Assembly: GCA_903906305.1 (NCBI GenBank)
Contig: CAIVJR010000005.1
Location: 6,485-70,484, forward strand
DNA from: an uncultured bacterium
Lineage (GTDB): Bacteria > Patescibacteriota > Dojkabacteria > SC72
Direction: 5' to 3'
Length of the DNA: 64,000 bases
The notes below the pieces were generated by a model, which saw only the letters and a list, made by a program, of their open reading frames with translations, did no database searches and was not told the origin of the DNA. Of this stretch, positions 9,472 through 19,271 are shown in pieces (position 1 is the stretch's first letter; the number at the start of each line of letters is the position of its first letter). The position numbers and the translations under genes were made by a program.

Positions 9472-10680
9472 TTAGAAACTGTACATCTGCTTAATATCTT
9501 GTCCTAATACTACAACAATATCCCCTGTTGTCATAAATTCGGGACGTCCAACTACAAGGTCATAGCTTCCAGAGAGAATTTCAGATACCACTTTCAACGA
9601 GCTAGCGAAATTCTCTTCATTTGAGATATACAAAACAGTTCTATCTATTGTTTTTGGTGCATTCTCATACCTAACTACATCACATCCAGAGTTCTCAATC
9701 TTTCTTCCGAACTGTTTAGCTGCCCCTGGAACTCCGCTTCCATTGTATATTTCAACCCTTACTCTTTCCTTTTCTAATGATCTATCAATGATTTTTGCAA
9801 TTAGACTTCGATATGCTCCATCAAATTCTTCCGTATTCATATACCTAATCTGTCCTCCACTAGTTGAGAGGTCCTCGGTGGAATATCTATAGAATGATAG
9901 ATCAATACCGAATGTTTCAGTACTCACAATTGTCTTATTCAATGAGTCGAAGAAATTTAAGAAGCCTGTAAAGCCTAGGTTACTATACACTGTGTTGCTT
10001 ATTCCCATTAGTTTAGTAATCCCAAAGATATTTTTAACAGCAGAATATCTTGAAGACATCATCGATAGTTTGAAGAATGCATCATTTAAAGAATCCCCTT
10101 CCGCTACTTTGTAATATTCTTTTACTCTATCTTCGACACCACTGATATCCCCGTATAATCCTGAGTAATTCTTTGTACCATCTGGTGAGAACCAAATATA
10201 GTTATCTACTTTTATACCTAGCATCTGTCCTATCTGCCATATTGCATATTCGACTCCCCTTCCCTCTTGGAGGAAATCTCCTGCATATCTAAAGCTTGAT
10301 ACCGCTAAACTATTTCCAAAGTCTTCTTCTAATCCGCCATAGTACATCCATCCGGGTATATATATCAGTATGGATTCTTCTTTGTTTTTGTTAGTCAAAA
10401 AGAGATATGCCTCGTTAATTCTCTTCTCTTGTCCGTTGTTTCCTTCTAATACAACCAACGTTGTACTTGTATCATCATTTGCCTGAGAAAGTAGATATTG
10501 ATTGGAGCCATTGATCTTGGTTGAATCAGATAGCTTAGCGGATAACAGAACAACAAGATATATACCAAAGAATAGAATTAGGCCTGTTATCAGGGTATAT
10601 ACAATGATTTTGCTAACATTTATTTTCTTATGCGTTTTACTCTTACTTTTAGTTTTAGTCTGTGAGCTCAGTCTTTTCAT
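9472..10680 (-). CDS. LCP family (LytR-CpsA-Psr) cell-envelope phosphotransferase with a C-terminal LytR_C domain
   Basis: The architecture is an N-terminal TM anchor, a central LCP-like region (GQMLGIKVDNYIWF) and a C-terminal LytR_C-like segment (ERVRVEIYNGSGVPGAAKQFGRKIENSG). Confidence 0.6.
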   Translation of the reverse strand: MKRLSSQTKTKSKSKTHKKINVSKIIVYTLITGLILFFGIYLVVLLSAKLSDSTKINGSNQYLLSQANDDTSTTLVVLEGNNGQEKRINEAYLFLTNKNKEESILIYIPGWMYYGGLEEDFGNSLAVSSFRYAGDFLQEGRGVEYAIWQIGQMLGIKVDNYIWFSPDGTKNYSGLYGDISGVEDRVKEYYKVAEGDSLNDAFFKLSMMSSRYSAVKNIFGITKLMGISNTVYSNLGFTGFLNFFDSLNKTIVSTETFGIDLSFYRYSTEDLSTSGGQIRYMNTEEFDGAYRSLIAKIIDRSLEKERVRVEIYNGSGVPGAAKQFGRKIENSGCDVVRYENAPKTIDRTVLYISNEENFASSLKVVSEILSGSYDLVVGRPEFMTTGDIVVVLGQDIKQMYSF

Positions 10681-11648
10681 TTCAATCTATTGATTAATCT
10701 TTTTCCTTGCATATCATTGCAACAAAGAAAAATTGATTCTAATTCAATCTCATCTGGAACAGCCCCGCCTTTTAGAGTTTTGAAAAGAGTATCTCCTACA
10801 ATGTTTGCTCCTAGATATTCTATTGTAGCTCTGATTTGGTGCATTCTCCCGGTTTTTATAATAATCAAAAATTCATTTGCACTTACTGGCTTTATATATG
10901 ACAATGCTGATCTTCCATGATTAAATGTATATGTTTTAAAGATCATTTTCATTCGGTTTATAGAGCTTCTTCCAATATATCCCTCTACCTTTAACCATGT
11001 ATCATCTACTTCAAAATTGTTCTGTACCAATTTATCCAGCTCTTCAGAGGCATTTAATGGTTGAACTGGGAACTTTTCTTTTAATTCACCGCTAATATCA
11101 TTACCATACTCGACCTTTGCCAAATATATCTTTTCCACCTTATGCTCTTCAAATTGTTTTTGGAAATATAGCTGTGCTTCAGCATTTTTTGCAAAGAGGA
11201 TTAATCCTGAAACAGGTTTGTCCAACCTATGTACTATCCCTCCTCTTTCCATCCTTGGATCATATTCTTCTTTCGATTGAAGATATTCGACGACATAGTT
11301 AACTAAGGTATCTTTAGGATTTCCTACCCCTGGGTGAACAACAAGATTCTTTGGTTTGTTGATAATTAAAAAATCTTTGTCCTCATATTTAATATCTAAC
11401 GTGTGATGTTGTGGAATAATTTCCCCAAAGGAATGTTCCTCTAGAAGTTTATCTACTTCTTCATCTTGGATTTCAAGAATATCACCCTTTCGAAGTTTGT
11501 AGGAGGGTTTCCCTGGTTGTCCGTTGATTGAAATCAATCTTTCCCAATTATGTTTTAAAAAACTTCGGCTATGGACTTTGAAATTGTTTGATACAAAGGC
11601 ATCTGCTCTATTTCCCTGATTTGTTTCGTCGATATGGACAGTTTGCAT
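10677..11648 (-). CDS. rluD: RluA-family 23S rRNA pseudouridine synthase (RluD-like) with an N-terminal S4 domain
   Basis: The catalytic motif HRLDKPVSGLILFAKN is present, with an S4-like N-terminus. Confidence 0.85.
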   Translation of the reverse strand: MQTVHIDETNQGNRADAFVSNNFKVHSRSFLKHNWERLISINGQPGKPSYKLRKGDILEIQDEEVDKLLEEHSFGEIIPQHHTLDIKYEDKDFLIINKPKNLVVHPGVGNPKDTLVNYVVEYLQSKEEYDPRMERGGIVHRLDKPVSGLILFAKNAEAQLYFQKQFEEHKVEKIYLAKVEYGNDISGELKEKFPVQPLNASEELDKLVQNNFEVDDTWLKVEGYIGRSSINRMKMIFKTYTFNHGRSALSYIKPVSANEFLIIIKTGRMHQIRATIEYLGANIVGDTLFKTLKGGAVPDEIELESIFLCCNDMQGKRLINRLK

Positions 11649-11656
11649 AGTAACAA

Positions 11657-12481
11657 TTATCTTTGCATTTTAATTGGTTGATTGATGTCAATTCCTCTTA
11701 CAGAAGATACCCTCTCTATGACTACATTGGCTCGTTTGGAATCTTTTATAAAAAAGATTAACCCCAACAAGGTCCATATTAAGAGTACAACTAATGTAAT
11801 CTTTTCAAATTGATTGATTTCACCTGTTGTATATATATATCCAATGACAACACTACATAGTAAAATCAGGAAAATGTTAGCAACAACATATATCTTTTTC
11901 TCAATATTTGGTTTTTGTATTTTATTCACATACCCTATTAACAATACAGAGATTAGCGGGAATATTAAGAGAGCTAGGCCTTCAGATATCCATCCTTGAT
12001 TTCCACTACTTAGTCCAATCAAAAGAAATGACATACTAAGCATAACCTCTCCTGAGAAGTAAATTGTCGGGAACATATGATTCCATCTCCACTTTTTTAT
12101 AAATGTAGACCAGAAACTAGCAGTAAAGAGATAGCCAACAAACATAATCAAAATGTTTAGACCTCCATCAAATATATCGAAGAACTTCCATGGTAAAAGT
12201 CTGAACCATAAAATCTCAGTGCCATATCTTTCATATGGGGACCAATACCAAATAAATCTGGAGAAATCTGCCCAATTTGAAAGGATATATATAAGTCTAC
12301 CTGCAATAAGACCAAGAAATATTGAAATTATAAAAAGATCGAATACCGAAGATCTGTCTTTTCTTGTTTCCATAGCTCCTCTCCAACATACATACATTCC
12401 AAACACTATGACACAAATAAAAAGCACAGCTGGGCTTAATTCTGAGAAAAATTGGAATATACTATTTATTATGTTTTGCAC
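11657..12481 (-). CDS. lgt: Probable prolipoprotein diacylglyceryl transferase (Lgt-like) membrane protein
   Basis: The polytopic protein has FLGLIAGRLIYILSNWADF and FDGG blocks that resemble Lgt conserved regions. The canonical Lgt signature is degenerate. Confidence 0.45.
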   Translation of the reverse strand: MQNIINSIFQFFSELSPAVLFICVIVFGMYVCWRGAMETRKDRSSVFDLFIISIFLGLIAGRLIYILSNWADFSRFIWYWSPYERYGTEILWFRLLPWKFFDIFDGGLNILIMFVGYLFTASFWSTFIKKWRWNHMFPTIYFSGEVMLSMSFLLIGLSSGNQGWISEGLALLIFPLISVLLIGYVNKIQKPNIEKKIYVVANIFLILLCSVVIGYIYTTGEINQFEKITLVVLLIWTLLGLIFFIKDSKRANVVIERVSSVRGIDINQPIKMQR

Positions 12482-12528
12482 TGAAGTTTGCTAACAAATT
12501 AATATCCGCAACACATGATATCACAGTA

Positions 12529-13269
12529 TTAATGTTTTTTATTTTTCTTTTTTTTCTTGCTCTTTTTTACTGAAGTTTTTACTGTTATCTCTTCCGATTT
12601 CTTTTTTAATGGCTCAGCAACATTTTTTGCTTTGTTTAAAAGAGCTTGATATCCCGCTATTATTGAGCTTCCAACTTTTACGGTCAAGCTTCTTTTCTTG
12701 GTACTGTATCTTGTCTGTTCTGCTTCGACAACTTTCGTAGCCTCATCCTTTGATGCTTGGATCTGCTGTTCCATTACTTCTCTACTTGGAGCTTCTTCTT
12801 CAAAAGTTACGACTTCTTTTCCGACTTTAACCCCACAATATGGGCAATATTCACTATTCTTTTCAATATATACATCACATGATTTACATTTTACCCTTAT
12901 CTCCAATCCACATGTAGGACAATATGTATACCCTGGGTATAGCTGAGTACCACATCTTGTACAGTCATCTAACTCGGATGTCTCATATTTCAGATATCTT
13001 CTTTCAAGATCAGCCCAATATATTTGTTCAATGGTTTGTGAAGGTCTCAAAATCAAGTACATTATCCATCCAAAAATATTGAAGAATACAACAAGAAGTA
13101 AATAGATTACTCTAGCCGTTTTGTTGCTTGTTCTCTCTCCAGCATCTAACCATACCCAATCCAATACAATGATCCAAAATATGACAAATGCTATTGCCAA
13201 AATTGTCCATACAACCTGGAAATTAATCTTTTCCACCCCGCTGAGCAGATTGAGTAAAAATGTCTCCAT
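12529..13269 (-). CDS. Membrane-anchored double zinc-ribbon protein with a poly-lysine C-terminus
   Basis: Two N-terminal TM helices precede three CxxC pairs (CTRCG..CPTCG..CKSCD..CPYCG). The tail reads KKSKKKKKNKKH. Confidence 0.5.
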   Translation of the reverse strand: METFLLNLLSGVEKINFQVVWTILAIAFVIFWIIVLDWVWLDAGERTSNKTARVIYLLLVVFFNIFGWIMYLILRPSQTIEQIYWADLERRYLKYETSELDDCTRCGTQLYPGYTYCPTCGLEIRVKCKSCDVYIEKNSEYCPYCGVKVGKEVVTFEEEAPSREVMEQQIQASKDEATKVVEAEQTRYSTKKRSLTVKVGSSIIAGYQALLNKAKNVAEPLKKKSEEITVKTSVKKSKKKKKNKKH

Positions 13270-13292
13270 GCTTTTTATCTCAAAATATAATA

Positions 13293-13376
13293 TGGTCGGG
13301 AAGGGAGTTGAACCCTTATGCTATTGCTAGCACGGGATTTTGAGTCCCGCGTGTCTGCCAGTTCCACCACTCGACC
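13293..13376 (-). tRNA. tRNA-Leu (anticodon CAA), class II with a long variable arm
   Basis: The reverse complement folds as a cloverleaf. Acceptor GGTCGAG, D-stem GTG/CAC, anticodon stem CGGGA/TCCCG with loop CTCAAAA, variable hairpin TGCTA-GCAA-TAGCA, and T-arm AAGGG-TTCAACT-CCCTT. There is one A-C mismatch in the acceptor and no encoded CCA. Confidence 0.8.
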
Positions 13377-13426
13377 TGAACTGCAGTATTATACTAGAAA
13401 TATCAGACGTTTAGAAGGTCTTAACG

Positions 13427-14746
13427 CTACTTTTCGCCCTTGTACAAATTTCTGAAACTTGCGATTTCAGCCACAAATGCTAATTTCACATTTCCAGTAG
13501 GTCCATTTCTATGTTTTGCGATACTTAGATCTCCAGTTCCCTTGTTTTCAGTATCAGGATTCCATGTCTCTTCCCTATCTATGAACATTACTACGTCTGC
13601 ATCCTGCTCGATTGATCCTGATTCTCTTAGATCTGATAATTGAGGTCTCCTACCCTGTCTTTGTTCAACCGCACGATTTAATTGTGAGAGTGCAATGACA
13701 GGAACATCAAGTTCCTTTGCAATATTTTTTAATCCTTGGGATATCTCAGAGACTTCTAATGTTCTACTTTCAGTACTGCTACCATGCATAAGCTGAAGGT
13801 AGTCTACAAATATGATATCTAATCCATGCTCCAATTTTAATCTTCTTGCCTTAGTTCTAATTGAGTTAATATGCTGTCCTGCTTGATCATCGATATATAT
13901 ATTAGTATCTCCGAATTCACCCATGGTATCTGCCAATTTCATCAATTTTTTGTCTGTTAGTCTTCCAGTTCTAATTTCCCAGAATGGAATACCTGATTGC
14001 ATACCTATTAGTCTATCCATAATCTGAGTTTGACTCATTTCCAATGAGAAGAACACAACAGTCTTCTTTTCAACCATGGCTGCATGTCGCATCATATCCA
14101 ACGCTAATGAAGTTTTACCAACAGAAGGTCGTGCAGCAATAATAACTAGATCCGATTTTTGAAAACCACCCAAGAGTTCATCCAAATCTTTAAAACCAGT
14201 AGATATTCCTAAATATGCTTCATCGTTATCTGCTCTCTCTGCTCTTTCGAAGGCTTCTTTAAGCAAGTCTTTAATATGTACGAAGTTACTTCTGATTCCA
14301 GATTGTGCAACATCAAAGATTCGTTTCTCGGACTCATCCATAACCCTATCTATTTTTATTGTCTCATTAAATGCTAATTCTGTAATATCTCTTGAAGCAG
14401 ATATTAATCCTCTTCGTGTTGCACTCTCTTTAACAATTCCTCCATATTCTTCAGCATGGGCAGAAGTTGGAACCATTGCTACTAAGTCAGCAAGATATGT
14501 TCTTCCCCCTATCTTGGTTAACTGTTTTTTCTTCTTTAATACATCCGAAAGGGTAATTAAATCGATTGGTAAGGCTTCGTTAAAAAGTTCTAGTATATTG
14601 GCATATATAATGCCATTACGCTCTTCATAGAAATGCTCTGGGAGTAACCACCCCGAAACGGCAATAACCGCGTCCTTATCTATCAACATCGATCCAATCA
14701 ATGATTGCTCTGCTTCTATGTTTTGTGGTGGAACTTTCTCCATCAT
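13427..14746 (-). CDS. dnaB: Replicative DNA helicase DnaB
   Basis: An N-terminal DnaB domain precedes a RecA-like core with Walker A ARPSVGKTSLAL. The 439-aa length fits. Confidence 0.95.
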   Translation of the reverse strand: MMEKVPPQNIEAEQSLIGSMLIDKDAVIAVSGWLLPEHFYEERNGIIYANILELFNEALPIDLITLSDVLKKKKQLTKIGGRTYLADLVAMVPTSAHAEEYGGIVKESATRRGLISASRDITELAFNETIKIDRVMDESEKRIFDVAQSGIRSNFVHIKDLLKEAFERAERADNDEAYLGISTGFKDLDELLGGFQKSDLVIIAARPSVGKTSLALDMMRHAAMVEKKTVVFFSLEMSQTQIMDRLIGMQSGIPFWEIRTGRLTDKKLMKLADTMGEFGDTNIYIDDQAGQHINSIRTKARRLKLEHGLDIIFVDYLQLMHGSSTESRTLEVSEISQGLKNIAKELDVPVIALSQLNRAVEQRQGRRPQLSDLRESGSIEQDADVVMFIDREETWNPDTENKGTGDLSIAKHRNGPTGNVKLAFVAEIASFRNLYKGEK

Positions 14747-14752
14747 TGCTTG

Positions 14753-15412
14753 TTATTGTAAAAATATTACTTCTACACTTTGTTGATTTTCTTCATCAAC
14801 CTTTTTCTTAACAACATTTAAGGTTGTTTCCTCTCTAACGTTTGCAAAACCAAAGTGTTTGATAAATTCTTCCTTACTCTTACAAGTATTCTCCTTTGCA
14901 CCATCTTCACAGAATGCACATGGAAGTAATACTGCAGGATCTATTTCGGATATGACTTTTTCCATAGTATCAAAGCTCATGAAATTGACTCCATCCCCTA
15001 CTGGTAATATTAATACATCTACATCTCCTACATTCTTGATAGTATCTGGATCAAATTTACTGTTTGTACCACCAAGATATACAACTCTAAGGGTATTCTC
15101 ATCGATGATATAGTAGTCTTTGTCGATATCTCTTCTAATCATAATTCCACCTACTTCGAATTCTCCCGGTGTAGATATTTCCATTACCTTTTCTCTCTTG
15201 TCTGGAACTATCTTTGTATCTAGTTTATTGTCTTTAATAATGCTTGTTTTTACTGTTTTGTCATAGTCTGTGAATATTGCGATGTCTGTTGCTGTCTTAG
15301 ATATACTTGTACCTGCTTCTACAGCCGCTAATGGGTCTGTTACAACAGAGATATTTGCTGATGATATTAGGAAACTGGTCCATCCAACTTTCTTGATTTT
15401 CATAGTATTCAA
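14753..15412 (-). CDS. MBL-fold metal-dependent hydrolase-like protein (UPF0173-like, short form)
   Basis: The N-terminus MKIKKVGWTSFLI...VVTDP resembles the start of metallo-beta-lactamase-fold hydrolases. The canonical HxHxDH motif was not clearly seen. Confidence 0.4.
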   Translation of the reverse strand: MNTMKIKKVGWTSFLISSANISVVTDPLAAVEAGTSISKTATDIAIFTDYDKTVKTSIIKDNKLDTKIVPDKREKVMEISTPGEFEVGGIMIRRDIDKDYYIIDENTLRVVYLGGTNSKFDPDTIKNVGDVDVLILPVGDGVNFMSFDTMEKVISEIDPAVLLPCAFCEDGAKENTCKSKEEFIKHFGFANVREETTLNVVKKKVDEENQQSVEVIFLQ

Positions 15413-15482
15413 GTATATAAATTTAACAACTAGCTATTATCCATAGTATATCAGATTTCTTCTGGGGCGGTAGAAGAAATTT

Positions 15483-15701
15483 TTAGGTTAAACCTAATGA
15501 TTTTTTAACATCTTCTACAAGGGATTGTTTCATCTCTTGTTTTATCATTTCTACTTTTAAACTTTCTAATGAGGATATACACGCTTGTAGTTGGGTCATT
15601 ACCTTTACATTGGTTTCTCCATCCATTACCATTTTCTTTACTCCTTTTACCTGTCCTTCTACTCTATTTATTCTATTTTGTATTCCTTTTGAATATGTCA
15701 T
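15483..15701 (-). CDS. CsoR/RcnR/FrmR-family (DUF156) transcriptional repressor lacking the canonical metal ligands
   Basis: The 72-aa protein carries the family block RINRVEGQVKGVKKMV and LQACISSLESL. It has a single Cys and no His at the usual W-X-Y-Z ligand positions. Confidence 0.7.
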   Translation of the reverse strand: MTYSKGIQNRINRVEGQVKGVKKMVMDGETNVKVMTQLQACISSLESLKVEMIKQEMKQSLVEDVKKSLGLT

Positions 15702-15753
15702 TACAAAAGTATATGCAAAAGATTTGGTTAGTGCAATATATCAAAAGCTTTCT

Positions 15754-15782
15754 GTAGGGGAACATTTTTGTTGTTCCCCTAC
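15754..15782. promoter_or_regulatory. Perfect 10-bp inverted repeat GTAGGGGAAC-N9-GTTCCCCTAC, candidate operator of the CsoR-family repressor
   Basis: The palindrome lies about 50-80 bp upstream of the repressor start. Its G/C-tract arms flanked by TA resemble known CsoR-family operators. No T-run follows on either strand, so a terminator role is unlikely. Confidence 0.5.
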
Positions 15783-15827
15783 TGGGCAGCGTGATTTGGG
15801 TGTAAGCGATGAAAAGATAAACATAAT

Positions 15828-16352
15828 TTACAGAAATTTGATGAACCAAAAATGTTCGGGAAGGCATAGTGTTTTGATTTTCTTAACATGATTGTGTTTA
15901 TGTTCGATCATCCATACCAATGCCCTAACATCTTTGAGCTCTTTATATGTGTCTTTCCAATTATCGAACTCTACAGAGAGCCGCACTATTTCATTCCAAA
16001 CGTCCTCATTTGCATCCTCCTTATACAATAATCTTAAGATCCGAAGGATATAGTATTTCCCACCACGATAATGACGTTGATTAAATGGAATCAACGTTAA
16101 AATTTTTTCTTTAGCATCTTTTCTAAAGGAAGATTCTTCAGGGAGGTTTTCCACCATTAGTCCTAAAAAATACATATTAGGCGGAGGATTTATTTCCAGC
16201 CAATACGTATCTTTTGTATGCAGGAAAAGCATATCCCGATCGGTCAATGTTATCGGTGGTTTCACTTCACTGTTTTTCAACCTAAGTTTTGCTTCTTCCG
16301 TCAAATCTTCCCAGTAATGGGATTCTTCCATTAGACGTGTTTTGGGAATCAT
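15828..16352 (-). CDS. Hypothetical protein
   Basis: A 174-aa ORF with protein-like composition and no recognisable motif. Confidence 0.4.
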   Translation of the reverse strand: MIPKTRLMEESHYWEDLTEEAKLRLKNSEVKPPITLTDRDMLFLHTKDTYWLEINPPPNMYFLGLMVENLPEESSFRKDAKEKILTLIPFNQRHYRGGKYYILRILRLLYKEDANEDVWNEIVRLSVEFDNWKDTYKELKDVRALVWMIEHKHNHVKKIKTLCLPEHFWFIKFL

Positions 16353-16428
16353 TTTTATCCGTTTCTGTTTACCTTTTTAAAGATCTTCACCCACCCATAT
16401 TATAGGGCATTTTGTAGTATAATTACAT

Positions 16429-16929
16429 ATGCAAAAAGACTTTGTAGAAACAACTAATGACAATCCCATTGTGCATCTCTTAGAGAATCACGATGCTCTC
16501 GAATTAATAAACGAAGAAACCTCTTCCCTCTACCCTCAAGTTTGGGGATTATGTGAGTTTGAAAGGAACGGATTAAACTATTATGGTGAATACGAGAGTC
16601 CAACAAAGCCAATAAATATTAAGTATGAAATATACCAAACACCAAAGTATGAAGATGTATTAACATGTGATGCAAGAGCACCATTAAAATATTGGACACA
16701 TTGGCAAGAGCAATTTCCTCCCGATTTCATAGAGGCTCTTCAAAGAAACGCTACCTTGGGAGTGATATTTCCATACAAAGAAATAAAACTTTTCCAGCAA
16801 CTTACATTCAAAGAAACTGGGATAGAGAGATTCCGTGTCCTAAGGGCACATATATACAAAGACTTCGAAACCTTACCTATTACAAAAATAAATAATTACC
16901 CTACAACAGTTGGAACTATTGGAGTTTAG
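16429..16929 (+). CDS. Hypothetical protein
   Basis: A 166-aa ORF, divergent from the preceding gene. Confidence 0.4.
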   Translation: MQKDFVETTNDNPIVHLLENHDALELINEETSSLYPQVWGLCEFERNGLNYYGEYESPTKPINIKYEIYQTPKYEDVLTCDARAPLKYWTHWQEQFPPDFIEALQRNATLGVIFPYKEIKLFQQLTFKETGIERFRVLRAHIYKDFETLPITKINNYPTTVGTIGV

Positions 16930-16996
16930 TAAAACAACATATTTGGATAAATATTTCTAGACAACCACTATTTCATCTGATATAATCCTACTCGCT

Positions 16997-17335
16997 ATGA
17001 AAAAGAACATACACCCAGAATATAATCACAATTTAGAAATTATCTGCTCATGTGGCAATAAATTCGTAACAGGTTCAACCCTCTCCGAAGGTACACACAA
17101 CGTCGATATCTGTTCCAAATGTCACCCATTCTATACAGGTGAACAAAAGATCGTAGATACCGATAACATCGTTAAGAAGTATGAAGATAAGGTAGCAAAA
17201 GCAGCAGGAATGTCATACAGAACTAAGAAAGAAAAAATGCTTGCTAGAAAAGAAAAGATGGGTGCAGTATCCTCAAGACCAACCAATACCCTTACACTCA
17301 AGGATCTTCTTGAGAACGCAAGAGTATCTAGGTAA
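16997..17335 (+). CDS. rpmE: 50S ribosomal protein L31 (zinc-binding type) with an extended C-terminus
   Basis: MKKNIHPEY start with CSCG...CSKCHPFYTG, the standard L31 zinc-ribbon signature. A basic C-terminal extension follows. Confidence 0.9.
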   Translation: MKKNIHPEYNHNLEIICSCGNKFVTGSTLSEGTHNVDICSKCHPFYTGEQKIVDTDNIVKKYEDKVAKAAGMSYRTKKEKMLARKEKMGAVSSRPTNTLTLKDLLENARVSR

Positions 17336-17374
17336 CAAATTTCCATTAATAATTTAAAATGATATATTATCCAT

Positions 17375-18478
17375 ATGGATATAGCTTTGTTAAAGAAAAA
17401 ATATATTAGTAATGATGCACAAACCCATGTTACTGATTTAGAACAACAGATTACCCTAGCCCATACAACAGGAGGAGCAAATCTCTCTAAATTAAGTGGG
17501 GACTTAAGCTACTATGCACAACTCGCAAGTCACACATCAGCTATTCAGAAAGCTATAAAGGATATTGAGGAAGCACAATACATGCTCTCCAATGATGCCG
17601 ATTCCGACATTATTGAAATGGCCAAAGAAGAAATTACTCAAAAAGAAGAACTCATAACCAATTTAGAAAAGGAAATCTTCCAGATCAAGGTAGAAAGACA
17701 ATTTGAAGACGAAGATGATGATAGATCAGCCATTATTGAAATCCGTGCTGGAGCTGGTGGTGATGAAGCTGCACTCTTTGCTGCCGACCTTTTCAAGATG
17801 TACTCAATATATGCAACTAACAAAGGATGGCAGGTTGAAATCGTTGAAAGCAATGTAACCCAAGAAGGTGGATACAAGGAAATCATTGCGCACTTAGCAG
17901 GAAAGAATGTATTTAAAAATTTGAAATATGAAAGTGGTGTACACAGAGTACAGAGAATACCTTCCACCGAATCAGCAGGTAGAATACATACCTCTACCGC
18001 TTCTGTAGCCATTCTACCTGAAGCAAAAGAGATTGATGTGCAAATAGACCCAAGCGAAATTAGAATTGAAGTTATGCGTGCCTCAGGCGCTGGTGGACAG
18101 TGTGTAAACAAGACAGACTCTGCAGTAAGAATTACACATATTTCAACAGGAATCGTAGTAAGTTGCCAAGAAACCAAACATCAAGCTCAGAACAGAGAAA
18201 AAGCTATGGCCCTACTCCGATCTAGATTGTACGATATGAAGAAGCAAGAAGAGATGGCCAAGCGAAAGAATATGAGATCATCTCAGATTGGATCCAATGA
18301 TCGAGCCGAAAAGATTAGGACATACAATTTCCCTCAAAACAGAGTAACAGATCACCGAGTCAAACTTTCATGGTTTAATATGGAAGGAATTCTCTCTGGT
18401 AATATTCAAGAAATTATTGATGACGTTCGTAAGGGTATTCAAGAAGAGATATTAGCTCAGCAAGAAAAAGGTGAATAA
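17375..18478 (+). CDS. prfA: Peptide chain release factor 1
   Basis: Contains the GGQ motif ([20 protein letters not shown]) and the RF1-type PST tripeptide (RIPSTES). Confidence 0.95.
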   Translation: MDIALLKKKYISNDAQTHVTDLEQQITLAHTTGGANLSKLSGDLSYYAQLASHTSAIQKAIKDIEEAQYMLSNDADSDIIEMAKEEITQKEELITNLEKEIFQIKVERQFEDEDDDRSAIIEIRAGAGGDEAALFAADLFKMYSIYATNKGWQVEIVESNVTQEGGYKEIIAHLAGKNVFKNLKYESGVHRVQRIPSTESAGRIHTSTASVAILPEAKEIDVQIDPSEIRIEVMRASGAGGQCVNKTDSAVRITHISTGIVVSCQETKHQAQNREKAMALLRSRLYDMKKQEEMAKRKNMRSSQIGSNDRAEKIRTYNFPQNRVTDHRVKLSWFNMEGILSGNIQEIIDDVRKGIQEEILAQQEKGE

Positions 18479-19271
18479 CGAATTACAAATTCTTTTTCAA
18501 ATACAAGAGGCTTTAAAGACCTCTGGATATTTCGACACCTCAAGAGTTGCAAAGGATATATTGGAATATATACAAGAGAAAGATTTGCCCCTTGAGCCAA
18601 TATTAGAGAGAATAACATTAAATGAACCTTGGGAATATATCAAAGAAAAAGGTGAATTTAGAAACATCAATTTCAAATTAAATAACCATACTTTAATCCC
18701 TCGAATTGAGACAGAGCTCATGGTCGATATTGCCAAGCAAGAATTAATTAAATCCCCCACTCCATATACAGATATCATTGATGTAGGTACTGGTAGCGGA
18801 TGCATTATTATCTCCTTAACAAGAGAGTTGATTGAGAAATCTGATGATAACAAAAGATATCACGCTACGGATATTTCTGACGAAGCTTTGAACATTGCAA
18901 AGGAAAATGAAAAGAATATCTTAAATCAATCAGTTATTAAATTCACTAAGACCGATTTAATTGGAGATATCTCATTAACAAAAGATAGTTTTTGTATGAT
19001 ACTGGCGAATCTTCCATATATACCAACACAACAATATTTAGAACTAGATACTAGTGTTAAGGATTTTGAACCTAGAACCGCACTAGATGGAGGAGAAAAT
19101 GGAATTCAGTATTACGAAAAATTACTAGCTCAAATACAAGAAAAGAAAATTAAAGGATGCGCAATATTTGAAATAGAACCCTCAACATTAGAGCTATTCA
19201 AGCCTCTCTATCCAAAGGTGATAAAAGACCAATACGGCAAAGACAGATTTATACTAATCCGCTTCAGATAA
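18471..19271 (+). CDS. prmC: Release-factor glutamine N5-methyltransferase PrmC (HemK)
   Basis: SAM-binding DVGTGSGCI and the NPPY-type motif ANLPYIP. It overlaps the end of prfA. Confidence 0.9.
   Translation: MNNELQILFQIQEALKTSGYFDTSRVAKDILEYIQEKDLPLEPILERITLNEPWEYIKEKGEFRNINFKLNNHTLIPRIETELMVDIAKQELIKSPTPYTDIIDVGTGSGCIIISLTRELIEKSDDNKRYHATDISDEALNIAKENEKNILNQSVIKFTKTDLIGDISLTKDSFCMILANLPYIPTQQYLELDTSVKDFEPRTALDGGENGIQYYEKLLAQIQEKKIKGCAIFEIEPSTLELFKPLYPKVIKDQYGKDRFILIRFR

Noticed and set aside
17638-18177. Minus-strand 179-aa ORF inside prfA
   Set aside because: It is antisense to release factor 1 and is an artefact.
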